This document shows positions 11,228 to 23,101 of a stretch of 64,000 nt of DNA, in pieces. Position 1 is the stretch's first letter; each line of letters opens with the position of its first letter. Source of the DNA: Takakia lepidozioides. Lineage: Eukaryota; Plantae; Bryophyta. The notes beneath the pieces were generated by a model. That model did not search any database, was not told where the DNA came from, and worked only from the letters and a program-made list of their open reading frames with translations. A program made the position numbers and the translations under genes. The stretch is taken from the NCBI GenBank assembly GCA_030704615.1, contig CM060731.1, forward strand, positions 87,544,001-87,608,000. The letters run 5' to 3'.

Positions 11228-13390
11228 CCTTGTGTCATGACCCATGGAGGATTTGACCGACCATCAACCCAAAAGGACGTCTTATGTGTGTTGTTTGTGT
11301 CTGTAGTCAGGTAATGTCAGATTTGTCTATGAGAACCACCACGGAGTAGCTGAGCGAGCAGAGATTGAAACACGGCCTGCTAAGACCAAGCTGACTCTCC
11401 CAAGAACCTTGTAAACATCAGGAAGAAAACCAAATCATGATACTAACAGGAGCCAAAAGCCCACATTTGCAGGATGGACAAATTTCTTCACATCCTACAT
11501 TAAGAAAAAGCCACACCTTGCGATTGCGATTGTTCCACCATCGTGAAGGATTTGTAAAAAACTCATGCCAGCTCTGCTCCGTGCTGCAAATTCAGGGAAC
11601 AAAAACAGTCAGAGAAGCATGTCACATTTTATTTGGAGGCACATATATTTGAAGTCGAAGGTCAATAACATACGGAGGAGTTAACTAGATGTGGTTAAAG
11701 ATTTCTAGAATGATTTCCCAATGATTTTCAAGACCACACTGTTCGTTCATAGTTCATACATAACTTTTTAGCCTATGGGAGAGACACCAAAAGAGAAAAC
11801 TCCATTCCAGGGTTAGCCAAAGTACAATAAGCTTGAAAGCCAAACACTGACTTCATGTGCATGTGACTTTGCTAAGAAACATTTGGTAACACATGAAAAG
11901 TTTTCCAGCCACCAGTATAACCAAAGAGAATGACCCCATCAGTGTGACTCACCAAAATTGACTACTCTGATATGTGAAATCTACACTTTCACAACATATT
12001 TTCGCAAGGGGAAATACGCCTTTTTCTTCTTCTGTTTCTCTGTTTTCAAAGAAGCCTGCAACCATCTCAACCCTTTCTTCGTTATGACGTGAAATAAGAA
12101 ATATTACATGCTCAGCAGGGCCTTTGGAAAACAACTGCCATCACATGGAAAACTACTGTTGCAAAACAATGAAGCATTAATTGAAAAGTGCTGGGCAAAT
12201 CAAGGAAGAGAGATCCAGCCATGGATGAGGTACCAGGACTAAGAGCCCATTTCTCCCAAAGGGGTACTATTTGCTCATGGCTGCTAATATAGCTACAATT
12301 CCAAAGACACGATACCTACATCTGCAGACTCAAGATGGGGCATGCATCATTACAGGGGGCACGTGAAGTAAAAAACCCTAACTGGCCATACATTTTGGTC
12401 AGCTTATTTGGTGCGCCACCCATCACCTTCGCCACTCTCAGAAGAGCAAGCTCTGCCTTTAGCTCCTTCAACTGTGCCCACAACGATAGTCCCCCACATA
12501 GCATCAGGTGTCCGTTTCATTCCAAAAGACATCGTCACTACCAAAAGTTTTAGCCTGACCTGATTGATGAGAGGGCAAAACTGGCTGAAAATAGGTCAAA
12601 GAAGAAGGTGCCCTCACCACATTGTCCTCGACCTTGTGTCATGACCCATGGAGGATTTGACTGACCATGAACCCAAACGGACCTCTTGTGTGTGCTGCTT
12701 GTGTCTGTAGTCAGGTAATGTCGGATTGGTCCATGAGAACCACCACGGTGCAGCTGAGCGAGCAGAGATTGAAACACGACCTGCTAAGACCAAGTTGACT
12801 CTCCCAAGAACCTTGTAAACATCAGGAAGAATACCAAATCATGGTACTAACAGGAGCCAAAAGCCCACATTTGCAGGATGGACAAACTCCTTCACATCCT
12901 ACATTAAGAAAAAGCCACACCTTGCGATTGCGATTGTTCCACCATCGTGAAGCATCTGTAAAAAACTCATGCCAGCTCTGCTCCGTGCTGCAAATTCATG
13001 GCCGAGTCTGATGAAAAGGCAAAATAGGCTGAAATACGTCGAAAAGGAATGTGCCCTCACCACATTGTCCTCGACCTTGTGTCATGACCCATGGAGGATT
13101 TGACTGACCATGAACCCAAACGGACCTCTTGTGTGCTGCTTGTGTCTGTAGTCCGGTAATGTCGGATTGGTCCATGAGAACCACCACGGTGCAGCTGAGC
13201 GAGCAGAGATTGAAACACGACCTGCTAAGACCAACCTGACGAAGAGCGGATTGGTCCATGAGAACCACCACGGTGCAGCTGAGCAAGCAGAGATTGAAAC
13301 ACGACCTGCTAAGAAATCCGCTCCTCGAGAACCACCACGGTGCAGCTGAGCGAGCAGAGATTGAAATACGACCTGCTAAGACCAACCTGC
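11228..13390. repeat. Cluster of local direct duplications (~365-bp unit at ~11228 and ~12632; partial unit at ~13010-13235; ~50-bp sub-unit in about 5 copies)
   Basis: Repeated CCTTGTGTCATGACCCATGGAGGATTTGAC and GAGAACCACCACGGTGCAGCTGAGCGAGCAGAGATTGAAAC. Confidence 0.8.
12392..12484 (-). pseudogene. RPL35: 60S ribosomal protein L35 (uL29) exon fragment followed by a GT intron donor
   Basis: Translation [28 protein letters not shown] matches plant RPL35; GTATGG follows at 12391; no other exons seen. Confidence 0.8.
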
Positions 13391-13830
13391 ACGAGGACTT
13401 AGTGTGCGCAGCAGCGATAGGGCTTAGTGGGGCTTAGTGCATGAGGGGAAAACAAAACAACGCGAGGAGTTTGAAACCGCTACGCCACGGCGGGCAGGAA
13501 GAGCCCTTACCAGTACGCTACATACACACATTTGAAATTTCCCCCTAAAAGTATGTATATACTTTTGTAAATTTTCTAGCCTCTTAATATATACATAGTT
13601 TGTATGTGGGGGTATTAAATTAACCCCTTTCTATTCACGCACATGATAGGTACATCTCTTGATGGATGAATGTATTCTATCTCATAGCTGCCAGCAAGGC
13701 GTTTTGTTTATCATTCGTTCACATAATTCAGTTGTTTTTGTTTCACTAACCTTAACCAGCACACGATTAGTTTAATATTAATGTGATGGGTCAGTGAAAA
13801 AGTAGTTAAATGTTTTTACTTATTATTATC

Positions 13831-13833
<3 letters not shown>

Positions 13834-13861
<28 letters not shown>
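13834..13861. repeat. (TA)n microsatellite
   Basis: Direct reading. Confidence 0.9.
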
Positions 13862-13864
<3 letters not shown>

Positions 13865-14926
13865 CTATATAATTTTTATATTGTGATTACACGTGCCATT
13901 GTTTAAGTGGTTGTCTCAGTCAGCTCACTTTAGGTAGTCAATGTCTCTCACTACAGTCAAAAATTTCGCGATTGTCTAGCACCTCGAATATTTTAATATA
14001 AACAAAATGGTTGGAACAGTCGAAAGTGACAACAGTCAACGCCAGCGTCAAACTAAATCGTCGAAATTACATAGGGTGTGTTGTAGTGGTTGTTGATGAT
14101 TGCCTTGGTTCATTTGTTGTGCGTTCATCCATCTTGGATGAACTAGGGCTTGGAAAATGGTCTGATTTTAGATGTGCGGTGTGTGCGCAGTACTTGCAGA
14201 TTGGTTTAATGGTTTTACCCTTATCTTCCGCTGTCTTTTGGCAATCTGTTGGATTGCGCCGTTGTTCTCGCTCCCATCTTATGATCGATAGGTCGTGGTG
14301 CGCTGTTGCCATGGTCGGTTGGTTCATCTGGTTCGTACATCTCAGACTTCAGCACGATGAGTGACTCGTTGGCTACTTTGTATTCGTTCAAGGTTCTGTA
14401 GGGCATGTGTGATGGCCACGGCTCTCCATACGGTATACGTGGTGGTAGTGCTGACATCGAAATTTGTGGTGGTTGAGACGCGGCTGTGCCCTGAACTTGT
14501 ATTGCCACCTGTTTTAATACTTGCTGATCCACCGTGGTATCGTGATGATGTAAGGGGAAAACAGGTGATGAGAAACACACTTGGATTTCGCAAGTAGAGT
14601 ATATAATGTGCAGGGGAAGGAGACAACAAGCAAAGAGGCGAGACGAATAGGATGAACAGAAGAAGGGAATGAACGAAAGTGAAGAAGGATGAACGCAGAT
14701 GAACGAAGCCGAGGATAAAGTCTTGGTTCACTTCATGGATCAGGATGGATGTAGTATGATAGTCAGCATGGGGAGGATACATTCATCAAGTAAGACGTTG
14801 CTTGAGCGCCATGCCATGATGGATAAAGACACTGGATGAACCACGCACGAACAGAATGGATGAACATAATAAACAGAATGCAAGCCATTGATCTGATATT
14901 GACCAACGGACGAGGGGACGCCGTTT

Positions 14927-15538
14927 TGTGACACTAAGGCGCATGACTAAGCAAAACCATGTAATTAAGTTTTGGGCTCTTAAGATCTTATCAAGACGTG
15001 GATCAGGGCCACATGTCCATAACTTAGTGCTTAGTCAGCAGGCACGACCAGGGAAGGCTTAGCTGATTAGTAGATGCTGGGGCGGTGATTAGAAAGTTGG
15101 GACTTGGGAAAGGAGCGATTTCCAAGGACTGCTGCAGGGTACAAGGTAGCAGACAGAGATATTCAAAAAAACAATGGATAGAGAGACGATTCAAGTTAGA
15201 GAGGCGATTGAGACAGAGCAGAAGAAACATGGACTAGACTGAGTAGGTTTAGTGAAGTGATTAGTGAGATGCTTGTACAGTGTACAGAACGTGTTGATAC
15301 CAGGCGGCCTTCATCGTAAGCCGTGTGATATAAAGAAGATAGACTGGACTTACGAAGAAAAGCATGTACAAGTTGAAACCAACGATCAAGAGAGTAATAC
15401 TGGAGAACGTTTGAGGTGCAATAAGTGTAGGGAGAACGAAAAGAGACAAGATGAGGGTAGCTGGTCTGGATTGCAAGCAAAACCGATCTGTGCAGGCCCT
15501 GTAAATGACAGATCGAGATGATAGGTAGAGATATAACG
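14927..15538 (+). mobile_element. Possible degenerate LTR of another retroelement
   Basis: Starts TGTGACAC after GAGGGGACGCCGTTT, ends ...GATATAACG and abuts an integrase fragment. No TSD or partner found. Confidence 0.3.
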
Positions 15539-15622
15539 TTCCCTTCTGATACTCTCTTCTTCCGTTGTTCTTGAATTCGTGCCATGTTATCCGCAACATC
15601 TGCTCTGACTTCTTCCAGATGC
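15539..15622 (-). pseudogene. Short integrase C-terminal fragment related to family B
   Basis: HLEEVRADVADNMARIQEQRKKRVSEG versus HMEEVRADAADNMTRIQMKRKEQLDEG at ~39400-39480. Confidence 0.7.
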
Positions 15623-15679
15623 AACGACGCAACCGCGTGAGCCTCGCGTGTGAGCGTGTGAGCGCACGCTCACACATTG

Positions 15680-15805
15680 GTGACGTGGGCGTACAATCAG
15701 GCCAGGTGACGTGGCGTGAGCATGACGTGGCGTGAGCGTGATGCCAGCAGGTTGCCATGGTGTCGAATGCTGACGTGGCGCCACGTCAGCATCCGCCACG
15801 TCAAC
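15680..15805. promoter_or_regulatory. Cluster of TGACGTGG (ACGT-core, G-box/ABRE-like) motifs including a 26-bp perfect palindrome (15767-15792)
   Basis: About 6 copies; ATGCTGACGTGGCGCCACGTCAGCAT. Confidence 0.5.
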
Positions 15806-16349
15806 AGAAACATACGGCGCCTATACCCGAGGGTCCTATGACCGTGGGATGAACTTAGGCAACATGGAACCAAAATACCATCAAGAATACCATCAAAATA
15901 CCCGAAATGGGAAATAAGCCTAAAACTGTGGCATCCATTCCACAACATTATGCAATTACAATTGTAAGTTTTACAATAACAATTACAAGGAGGACAAAAT
16001 AACCTCATAAGGCTCCATAGAGGCTGACCCAGGAAGACCCTGCTTCCTCCCCAAATAATGAAGAGAAGAGGGATCACGGTATCAAAAAGAAGCCTGCAGT
16101 ACATAGCGACACACCAAAGATACACGGTAGACTGAGATGGAAGACCAGGAAAATAACATCCAACCAGAGGCACATCTGCAAACACCTTCCCCCAACCATG
16201 CGGAATGCCTTACGGGACAGAGACAAAAGGTCTGAGTGGATTGAGCTTACAAGTTTAGCAGAAGATGGTTTCCCCTCAAAGCCAGGAGCCTATCTTGACG
16301 TCCAAAGGTGCCATGATGCATGAGTTCTAAGAACTTGCCACACAGACCA

Positions 16350-19300
16350 CTTGCTATTTGTCGGCAGCTCCAATTCATACACATCCTCATTCATAACCTT
16401 CCGAATGCGAAAGGGAGGTACGAACTTCGGACTCACTTCCGGAGGTAGTCGAAAATTCTTGATGTTCAACCAGACCTCTGTGCCTGCCTCAAACTTCACT
16501 TCCCTCCGCTTCCGATTCGCCTGCCTTTCATACCGTTTCCTAGCTTTGGCAATGTTGTACTTTGCGAGCTTCAACAAACGCTCGCGTTCTTCCAGTACCG
16601 CCGCTACTGCCGGTTCTTCGACGTCCTGGGCGGCCCAACTTGTCGGCACCAGAGGGGCTTTTCCATAGACCAATACGAAAGGGGAAACTCCCGTTGCGGA
16701 GTGTTCTGTGTTATTATAACAGAACTCTGCCGCGTCTAAGTGTTCCACCCAGTCTGTTTGGTCTGCCGACACGTAATTCCGCAAGATCTGCTTCACTACG
16801 GAATTCACCCTTTGTGTTTGGCCGTCGGTCGTAGGTCGGAAGGCGGTGCTCATCTTCAGCCTCATCCCCATCTTCTTCCAAAGTGCTCTCCAGAATTTAC
16901 TCGTAAACTTTGGATCGTGGTCCGAGACAATATCCTTCGGGACTCCATGATGCTTTAAGACGTGGGCGAAGTAAAGTCGCCCTGTCTCCTGCGCCGTTGC
17001 TGTCTCCTTGGTGGGGATGAAATGGCCCATTTTACTGAATCTATCTACCACCACCATGATTACATCGAATCCTTTTGACAGCGGCATAGCAGTCATGAAA
17101 TCCATTGAGACGCTTTCCCAAGTCCCCTCTGGAATCGGCAAGGGTTGTAACAGCCCCGCTTGCTTTTTGTACTCGCTCCGGTTTTGTTGGCATGTGGTGC
17201 ATGTCTTGACATACTCCTCTGCCTCCTCCCTCAGTTTGGGCCAGAAATACTCTTTCTTCAAGAGTGCCGCAGTGCGCTTGGCTCCGCCATGGCCCGCAAG
17301 CGGGCTATCATGGCATTCTCTCAAGAGGCTATCTCTGATCCCTCCCTTCGGCACGTAGAGACGTTTTTGCTTATACCGGAGCAGTCCATTTTGCAAGTGG
17401 AACTGCGATTTAACCCCCATCCTCAAGTCCTGCATCACGGACTTTGCCAGCTCATCCTTCCGGCAAGCCTTCCGGATCTTCCTTTGGAGCGCCGTCTCGC
17501 CCTTGTACACCAACAAGAGTTGCTGCTTTCTACTTAAAGCATCGGCCACCACGTTGTCTCGTCCCGGTTTGTACTGGATATCCACGTCGAACACCGCCAA
17601 AGTATCTTGCCACCTAAGTTGTTTTGGGGACAACTTGGGCTGCGTGGCAAAATACTTCACCGTGACATTGTCCGTGAACACCTTCACTGGGTTGGAACCA
17701 ACATAGTGGCGCCAGAGCTCAAGACAGTGCACCACCGCCTTCATCTCTTTCTCGTGCGTCGGCCATCGTCGCTCCACTTCATTCAGTTTCTTACTTTCGT
17801 AAGCCACTGGACGTCCATCTTGCATCAGCACACCACCAATCGCGAAGTCCGACGCATCTGTATGTATTTCAAACGGACGATCGAACTCCGGGATTTTCAA
17901 GACTGGAGCTTCCGCCATCCGGTGCTTCAATTCAGCAAAAGCTTGGCCACAAAAGGTGTTCCATGCCCAGACTTTAGATTTACACAGAAGGTCTGACAGC
18001 GGCCCCGCGATTTTGGCGAAATTTCTCACATACTTCCGGTAATAGGAGGCGAGTCCTAGGAAGGATCGCACTCCCGGGACCGAAGTCGGAGGCTCCCAGT
18101 CCAAAATTGCCCTCACCTTCCTGTCATCCATTTTGATCCCATCCTGTGTAATCACATGCCCCAAGAACTCCACTTTCGTGACCCCGAATTCGCACTTTGA
18201 AGCTTTGGCGTACAGCTTCCCTTCCCGCAACTTTTGGAACACCCTTTTGAGGTGCTCCAGGTGCCCCTCCTTTGTTTTCGAGTACACCAAGATGTCGTCG
18301 ATGTACACGATCACAAAGTCATCCAACCACTCCTGAAAAAGGCTGTTCATCAGCGTGCTAAAGGTCGCAGGTGCATTGGTGAGCTCAAAAGGCATCACCA
18401 AGAACTCATATGAACCATACCTTGTCCTGCACGCGGTCTTCTCCTCATCTCCTTCCGCCACCCAAATTTGGTGATAGCCGGAGCGCAAGTCGATCCGGCT
18501 GAAATACTTCGCTCCTGCCAACCGATTGAAGAGGTCGTCAATCCTTGGCAAAGGGTACCGGTTTTTGATAGTCACCTTATTCAGAGCCCTGTAATCGACA
18601 CACATCCGCAGCGTCCCATCCTTCTTGTCTGCAAATAGCACCGGGGCTCCGTAAGGTGACTTACTCGGCCGGATGTACCCCTTTGACATTAGATCCTTGA
18701 GCTGAGTCTTCAGTTCGACCAACTCTCTGTGGCTCAACCGGTAGGGCGCCTTGGCAGGCGGTTCCGATCTCGGTATCACCTCAATCTTGTGGTCAACTCC
18801 TCTTCGCGGTGGCAAGCCGCTTGGTAAATCCTCCGGCATCACATCCTGGTATTTCTCCAAAATCCCCTTGATCCAATCTGGGCTCGGCTCCCCATCGCCT
18901 TCTCCTTTCACTTCTCTAATGTAAAGCAAAAATTGGGGCTCGTGTGCCTCCTCCACGGCCCATTCCTTTGCTGACAGAAGGTTTATTCACCCTCCCACGG
19001 ATTTGGGCTTTTCCGACACTCGTAAAACCTCGCCACCATTCCCACATGGCAACGTGACTACTCTCTTGCGGCCATCTATGACTGCTCCGGATTTGCTCGA
19101 AAAGGTCATCCCCAAAATGAGATCCACTCCATCGATCTCGCAGATGGTGAAGTTCTCACGTCCCCCCCAACTCCCCAGTTGAAGAGGAACATCAAACGCC
19201 AACCTTGTCGCCAACTGAGGTTCTCCTTTGGCAGAGCGCACCTCAATAGAGGCCCCCACGTCACTTGTCGGGAGTCCCAACTTTCGCGCCATCGCCGGCG

Positions 19301-19508
19301 TCATGAAGGAGTGCGACGCTCCTGTGTCCACCAACAACGACACGTTAGTTCCGGATATTATCCCATCCACGAACAATAACTGACTCCCTTTACGCAGGGC
19401 GCCAGTTTCCTGATACAACTCACAAGAATAGTTGCCTACCTTGCAAGTCCTGGCAACCACCGCTTCCACCAAGCGACTGATGGTATCTTCCGACAGCTCC
19501 GTGGTTGC
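16350..19508 (-). mobile_element. Family A copy 2, pol part (PR-RT-RH-INT), truncated before the chromodomain and 3' LTR
   Basis: Near-identical to 5810-8978 in reverse; CGA>TGA stop near 18987; 12-nt deletion (YGGP); homology ends at 16350. Confidence 0.93.
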
Positions 19509-20493
19509 TGTTAAAGGACTGTCGGGGACTTAGACACTTATACGGGATCTGTAGGGTACCCTTAATTTTTGCACAGACTGAGACCAACAGGAGCCTTAGG
19601 GGTGACAGCAACGCACTGTAGAGGGGGGTTACACAGCCCGTCACAGTCGTCACAGTCGTCACAGCCGACACAGCCAACACAGCCCGTCACAGCCGACACA
19701 GCCAACACAGCCCGTCACAATCGTCACAGCAGACACAGCCGACACAGCCGACACAGCCCGGCACAGCCACACAGCCAGTCACAGCCCGACACAGCCAAAC
19801 ACAGTCGCACAGCCAGTCACAGCCCGTCACAGTTTCACACAGCCAGTCACAGCTTGACACAGCTGTCACGATCATAGGGAACGAAGAGTAGGACAGGGAA
19901 CGACTGTGGGGAACAACACCTGCAAAGGGAACATGTTAGTTCACAGACACGGTTAGTGAGGGAAACGGTTAGAACCGCGGATAGGAAGATAAAGGGAGAA
20001 ACGGGGAATTGAGGGACATCATTCGGAGGAGGGACTTCTTGGTGATAGAGGAGAGGGGATCGGGCAGAGATGAAGAACGGAAGTGAAGATAGAGAGATGA
20101 TGAGTAGATGCTTGATATATGCAAGGCTGTAATGATATTGTAGAGTAGATTAGAGACACAATGGCTTCGGCCTGATACCTGATAAATCATAATCGGATAC
20201 TTTTACGATACAATCACACTGTGTAGAGAGATCTCAGTGAAGCTGTGGAATGAATGGATGAGTTGATGGAATCCAATAGATTGATAAAGCAAACTGATAC
20301 TTAATTATCAATGGTAAGATAGTTAACATGAATACCAAAAGGGAAACAAATAGGAAACACCCCCATGATACACTAGCTGTAGGTCATGACTGATTGTTCT
20401 GCGCGGGCTGAGTACTTAGAGATTTCCAACTCTTCAATCTTGGAGTTTCCGCCTCGAATAGCGAAGGGATGGGTGAGTAAAAGCCGCGCGACA
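19509..20493 (+). repeat. 5' LTR of B copy 2
   Basis: TGTTAAAGG...GCGCGACA; minisatellite at ~19630-19870. Confidence 0.93.
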
Positions 20494-21081
20494 TTTGGCG
20501 ACCATACTGGGGAACTGAGACATGAACAACCAGATGTGACAGGCATCTGGTGGGATCATGGTGGTTGGACCATTAAAGAATTTGAAGTGAATCAAATTCC
20601 CTGTGGAACGAAGGAAGAAAGATTGTCCAAACAATTCTTTCAAAGGTTCTTGGAATTGCCAGACGGTTGTAAAGAAAATATTCTTAAGCGAGTGCATGAT
20701 GCTGATCCAGAATGGGGTCTGGAGAAAGGAGTGATAAAGATTTATCAGGTAGCCTGTAGAGGAAGAGCACGTTGGTTACCAACATTGGTTTATGTGATAG
20801 CATTGCTATCCATTAAACGAGTAGAGTTTGAAGGCTGGGAAGAAAGAAAGGTGAATGTTTATACTCATATGCATGAAGAGCTTGTACTGGTAAAGAATTG
20901 GATTCCAAAGGATATTTTGTGGATCAAACTCACACCAAGAACAGCTTTTCAGACTTGTTTGCCATATGGTTATATGGTAACGGAGACTTCAAGTATAACC
21001 AAGGATGCATTGAAGCTTGAAAGAAACCCAGGCATATATGAGAGATATTACAGAAGAGAGTTTTGGTTATTGCCACATTAA
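20386..21081 (+). CDS. Extra ORF1 (231 aa); the longest frame starts in the LTR and crosses the PBS
   Basis: Intact; conserved in copies at 1247-1942 and 51866-52351. Confidence 0.7.
   Translation: MTDCSARAEYLEISNSSILEFPPRIAKGWVSKSRATFGDHTGELRHEQPDVTGIWWDHGGWTIKEFEVNQIPCGTKEERLSKQFFQRFLELPDGCKENILKRVHDADPEWGLEKGVIKIYQVACRGRARWLPTLVYVIALLSIKRVEFEGWEERKVNVYTHMHEELVLVKNWIPKDILWIKLTPRTAFQTCLPYGYMVTETSSITKDALKLERNPGIYERYYRREFWLLPH
20496..20513 (+). promoter_or_regulatory. PBS of B copy 2 (TGGCGACCATACTGGGGA; tRNA-Arg-like)
   Basis: TGG motif just after the LTR. Confidence 0.7.
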
Positions 21082-21102
21082 AAGAAATGAAAGACATGGG
21101 AC

Positions 21103-22333
21103 ATGAGTGATGAAAGAGAAGCTAGACGTCAGAGATATTCAGCAAAAAGAGAAAGCTATCTGAAAGCTAATTATCCATATCTTTGGGAGAGAGGAATAGA
21201 CATAGGGGAATCATCTGGACCTCTCACACCATTAAGATCAAAGAGTGCATCACCTATACCGGAAGAACTAGAGTTGGATGCCACTCCTTCTGTTTCTTTG
21301 CAAGAAAGATTAAGGGAATTGGTACAGGAAGAAGATCAATCACGAGGTGAAAGATCTGAGGTACATCCTTGGATAAAAGACTTGACAGAAATCTTTGATA
21401 AGAGTTGGCATGGAACACCAAAAGCAGGAACTCCAGTTTCTGAAGCAGAAGGTGAAGAAGGAGAAGAGGATGTGGCAGAGCCAACGGAGAGTTCAGACTC
21501 TCCAACACCATTACAGTTGAGTTACATGAGTGAAGAAGAAACCCAAGGGCAGAACTTGGAGGATGAAAACAGAGAGGAGAAATTAGAAGAGGAAGAATAT
21601 GAAGAAGTAGACCCAACAGCTGAGGTTGAGACTACAACCAGGACATCCCAACCCGTTGGACCTGGATCAAGTGGAGCACTTGGATCATAGGCCAACGAAG
21701 GTGTCGGCTCAGGGGGATCAGGCGGGCTGCCTGGATCTGGCTCTGGGGGACAGGGAGTGTGGGAAGTAGTGCAACTGAAGCTGGGAATACTGTGAATATC
21801 GTGGGGCCAGAAGCAAGGAGTGCTCAAGGGCCACCACTTGGTGGAAGATCCACCACAAAAACAACAGGTCCAGAAGGACCAGCACCAGCAAGGGTGCCAG
21901 CACCTGTCAGTGGGCAGAAGGTAGGGCCACAAATGGCGTTGCAACCAACACGGGCAAAACCACCCTTTCCAATATATTCAGGAAAAGGGGATCCCGATGT
22001 ACACATTAGCCAATTTGAGCACATGTGTATAGTGAACAATGAGAATGGCGATGATGCCAAGATGAGACTGTTTCCTTGTTCACTTATCAAGAAAGCAAGT
22101 GAATGGTATGCAAGATTCCCTGATAATCATTTCCTAACCTGGAATGGCTTGAATACAACATTTCGAAATAGGTTCAGGACAAGTAAAACTGAGGATGAAG
22201 TGTATGGAAGTTCAAAACAGCTGAAGCAAAAGAAGCATGAAACTGTTGAAGAGTATATGGAGAAGATGGAATTGATGATGAAAAAGCTGGCTGCAGTACC
22301 AGCGCCCGGGTTATAGAAGACTTTGTTTGTGAG
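21103..22333 (+). pseudogene. gag of B copy 2, 5' part (stop and frameshift), interrupted by the MULE
   Basis: Retrotransposon gag motifs; TAG at 21688; continues at 34915. Confidence 0.85.
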
Positions 22334-22585
22334 GAGGTTTGCTATTTCATGAGCATGAGCGGCATGAGCGGCATGAGCGGCATGAGCAGAGTAGTAACAC
22401 AATCGGTTTTCATGAGCAGAAGTACAAATTTTGAAAATAAAAAACAATAAAAAATAATAATTTAATGCAATGTGTCAGGAAAAACAAATATATTATTCGG
22501 CCCCTTGAAGGAAAAATTGCACTTTTGACAGTTGTGCTCATGAAATTTCGTCTTCCGCTCATGCCAATTCCCAGCGACATGTGCA

Positions 22586-22945
22586 AATATGGCGCCGAAT
22601 TTCGCGGTAATAGGGTCCGTAACCTGAAAAAACGGCGACGTATTTCGCGGCAATAGGTCTCTCTGGCGAAAAATGGTGCCGAATTCCACGGCTATAGGTC
22701 CCCTCATGACAGGTAATTCGGCGCCATTTTTCCAGTGCATGTTCGGACTTAGCCAGTTTTCGGCCCAAAAAAGAGAAATTCGGCGCCATTTTTCCAGACA
22801 CGGTACCAGTGCATGTTGGGACTTAGCCAGTTTTCGGCCCCAAAAAGAGAAATTCGGCGCCATTTTCCCAAACACAGGTACCAGTGCATGTTGGGACTTA
22901 GCGAGTTTTCGGCCCCAAAAGAGAAATTCGGCGCCATTTTTCCAG
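22586..22945. repeat. Left subterminal repeats (~58-bp units) containing AATTCGGCGCC
   Basis: GCATGTTGGGACTTAGCCAGTTTTCGGCCCCAAAAAGAGAAATTCGGCGCCATTTT in 3 copies plus partial copies. Confidence 0.85.
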
Positions 22946-23101
22946 AAATGGCCCCACAACTGCTTCTGTTGGATCTCAGTTTGAATGGAATATTGTCTCA
23001 TTCCAGGAGTTTTGGGGTGCATTTCATTACACTGCAAAAAAAAAGTCTGATACAGCAAAATGCATTTGAAAATATCCATATGGAGGATTCCGTTTGCCCC
23101 A

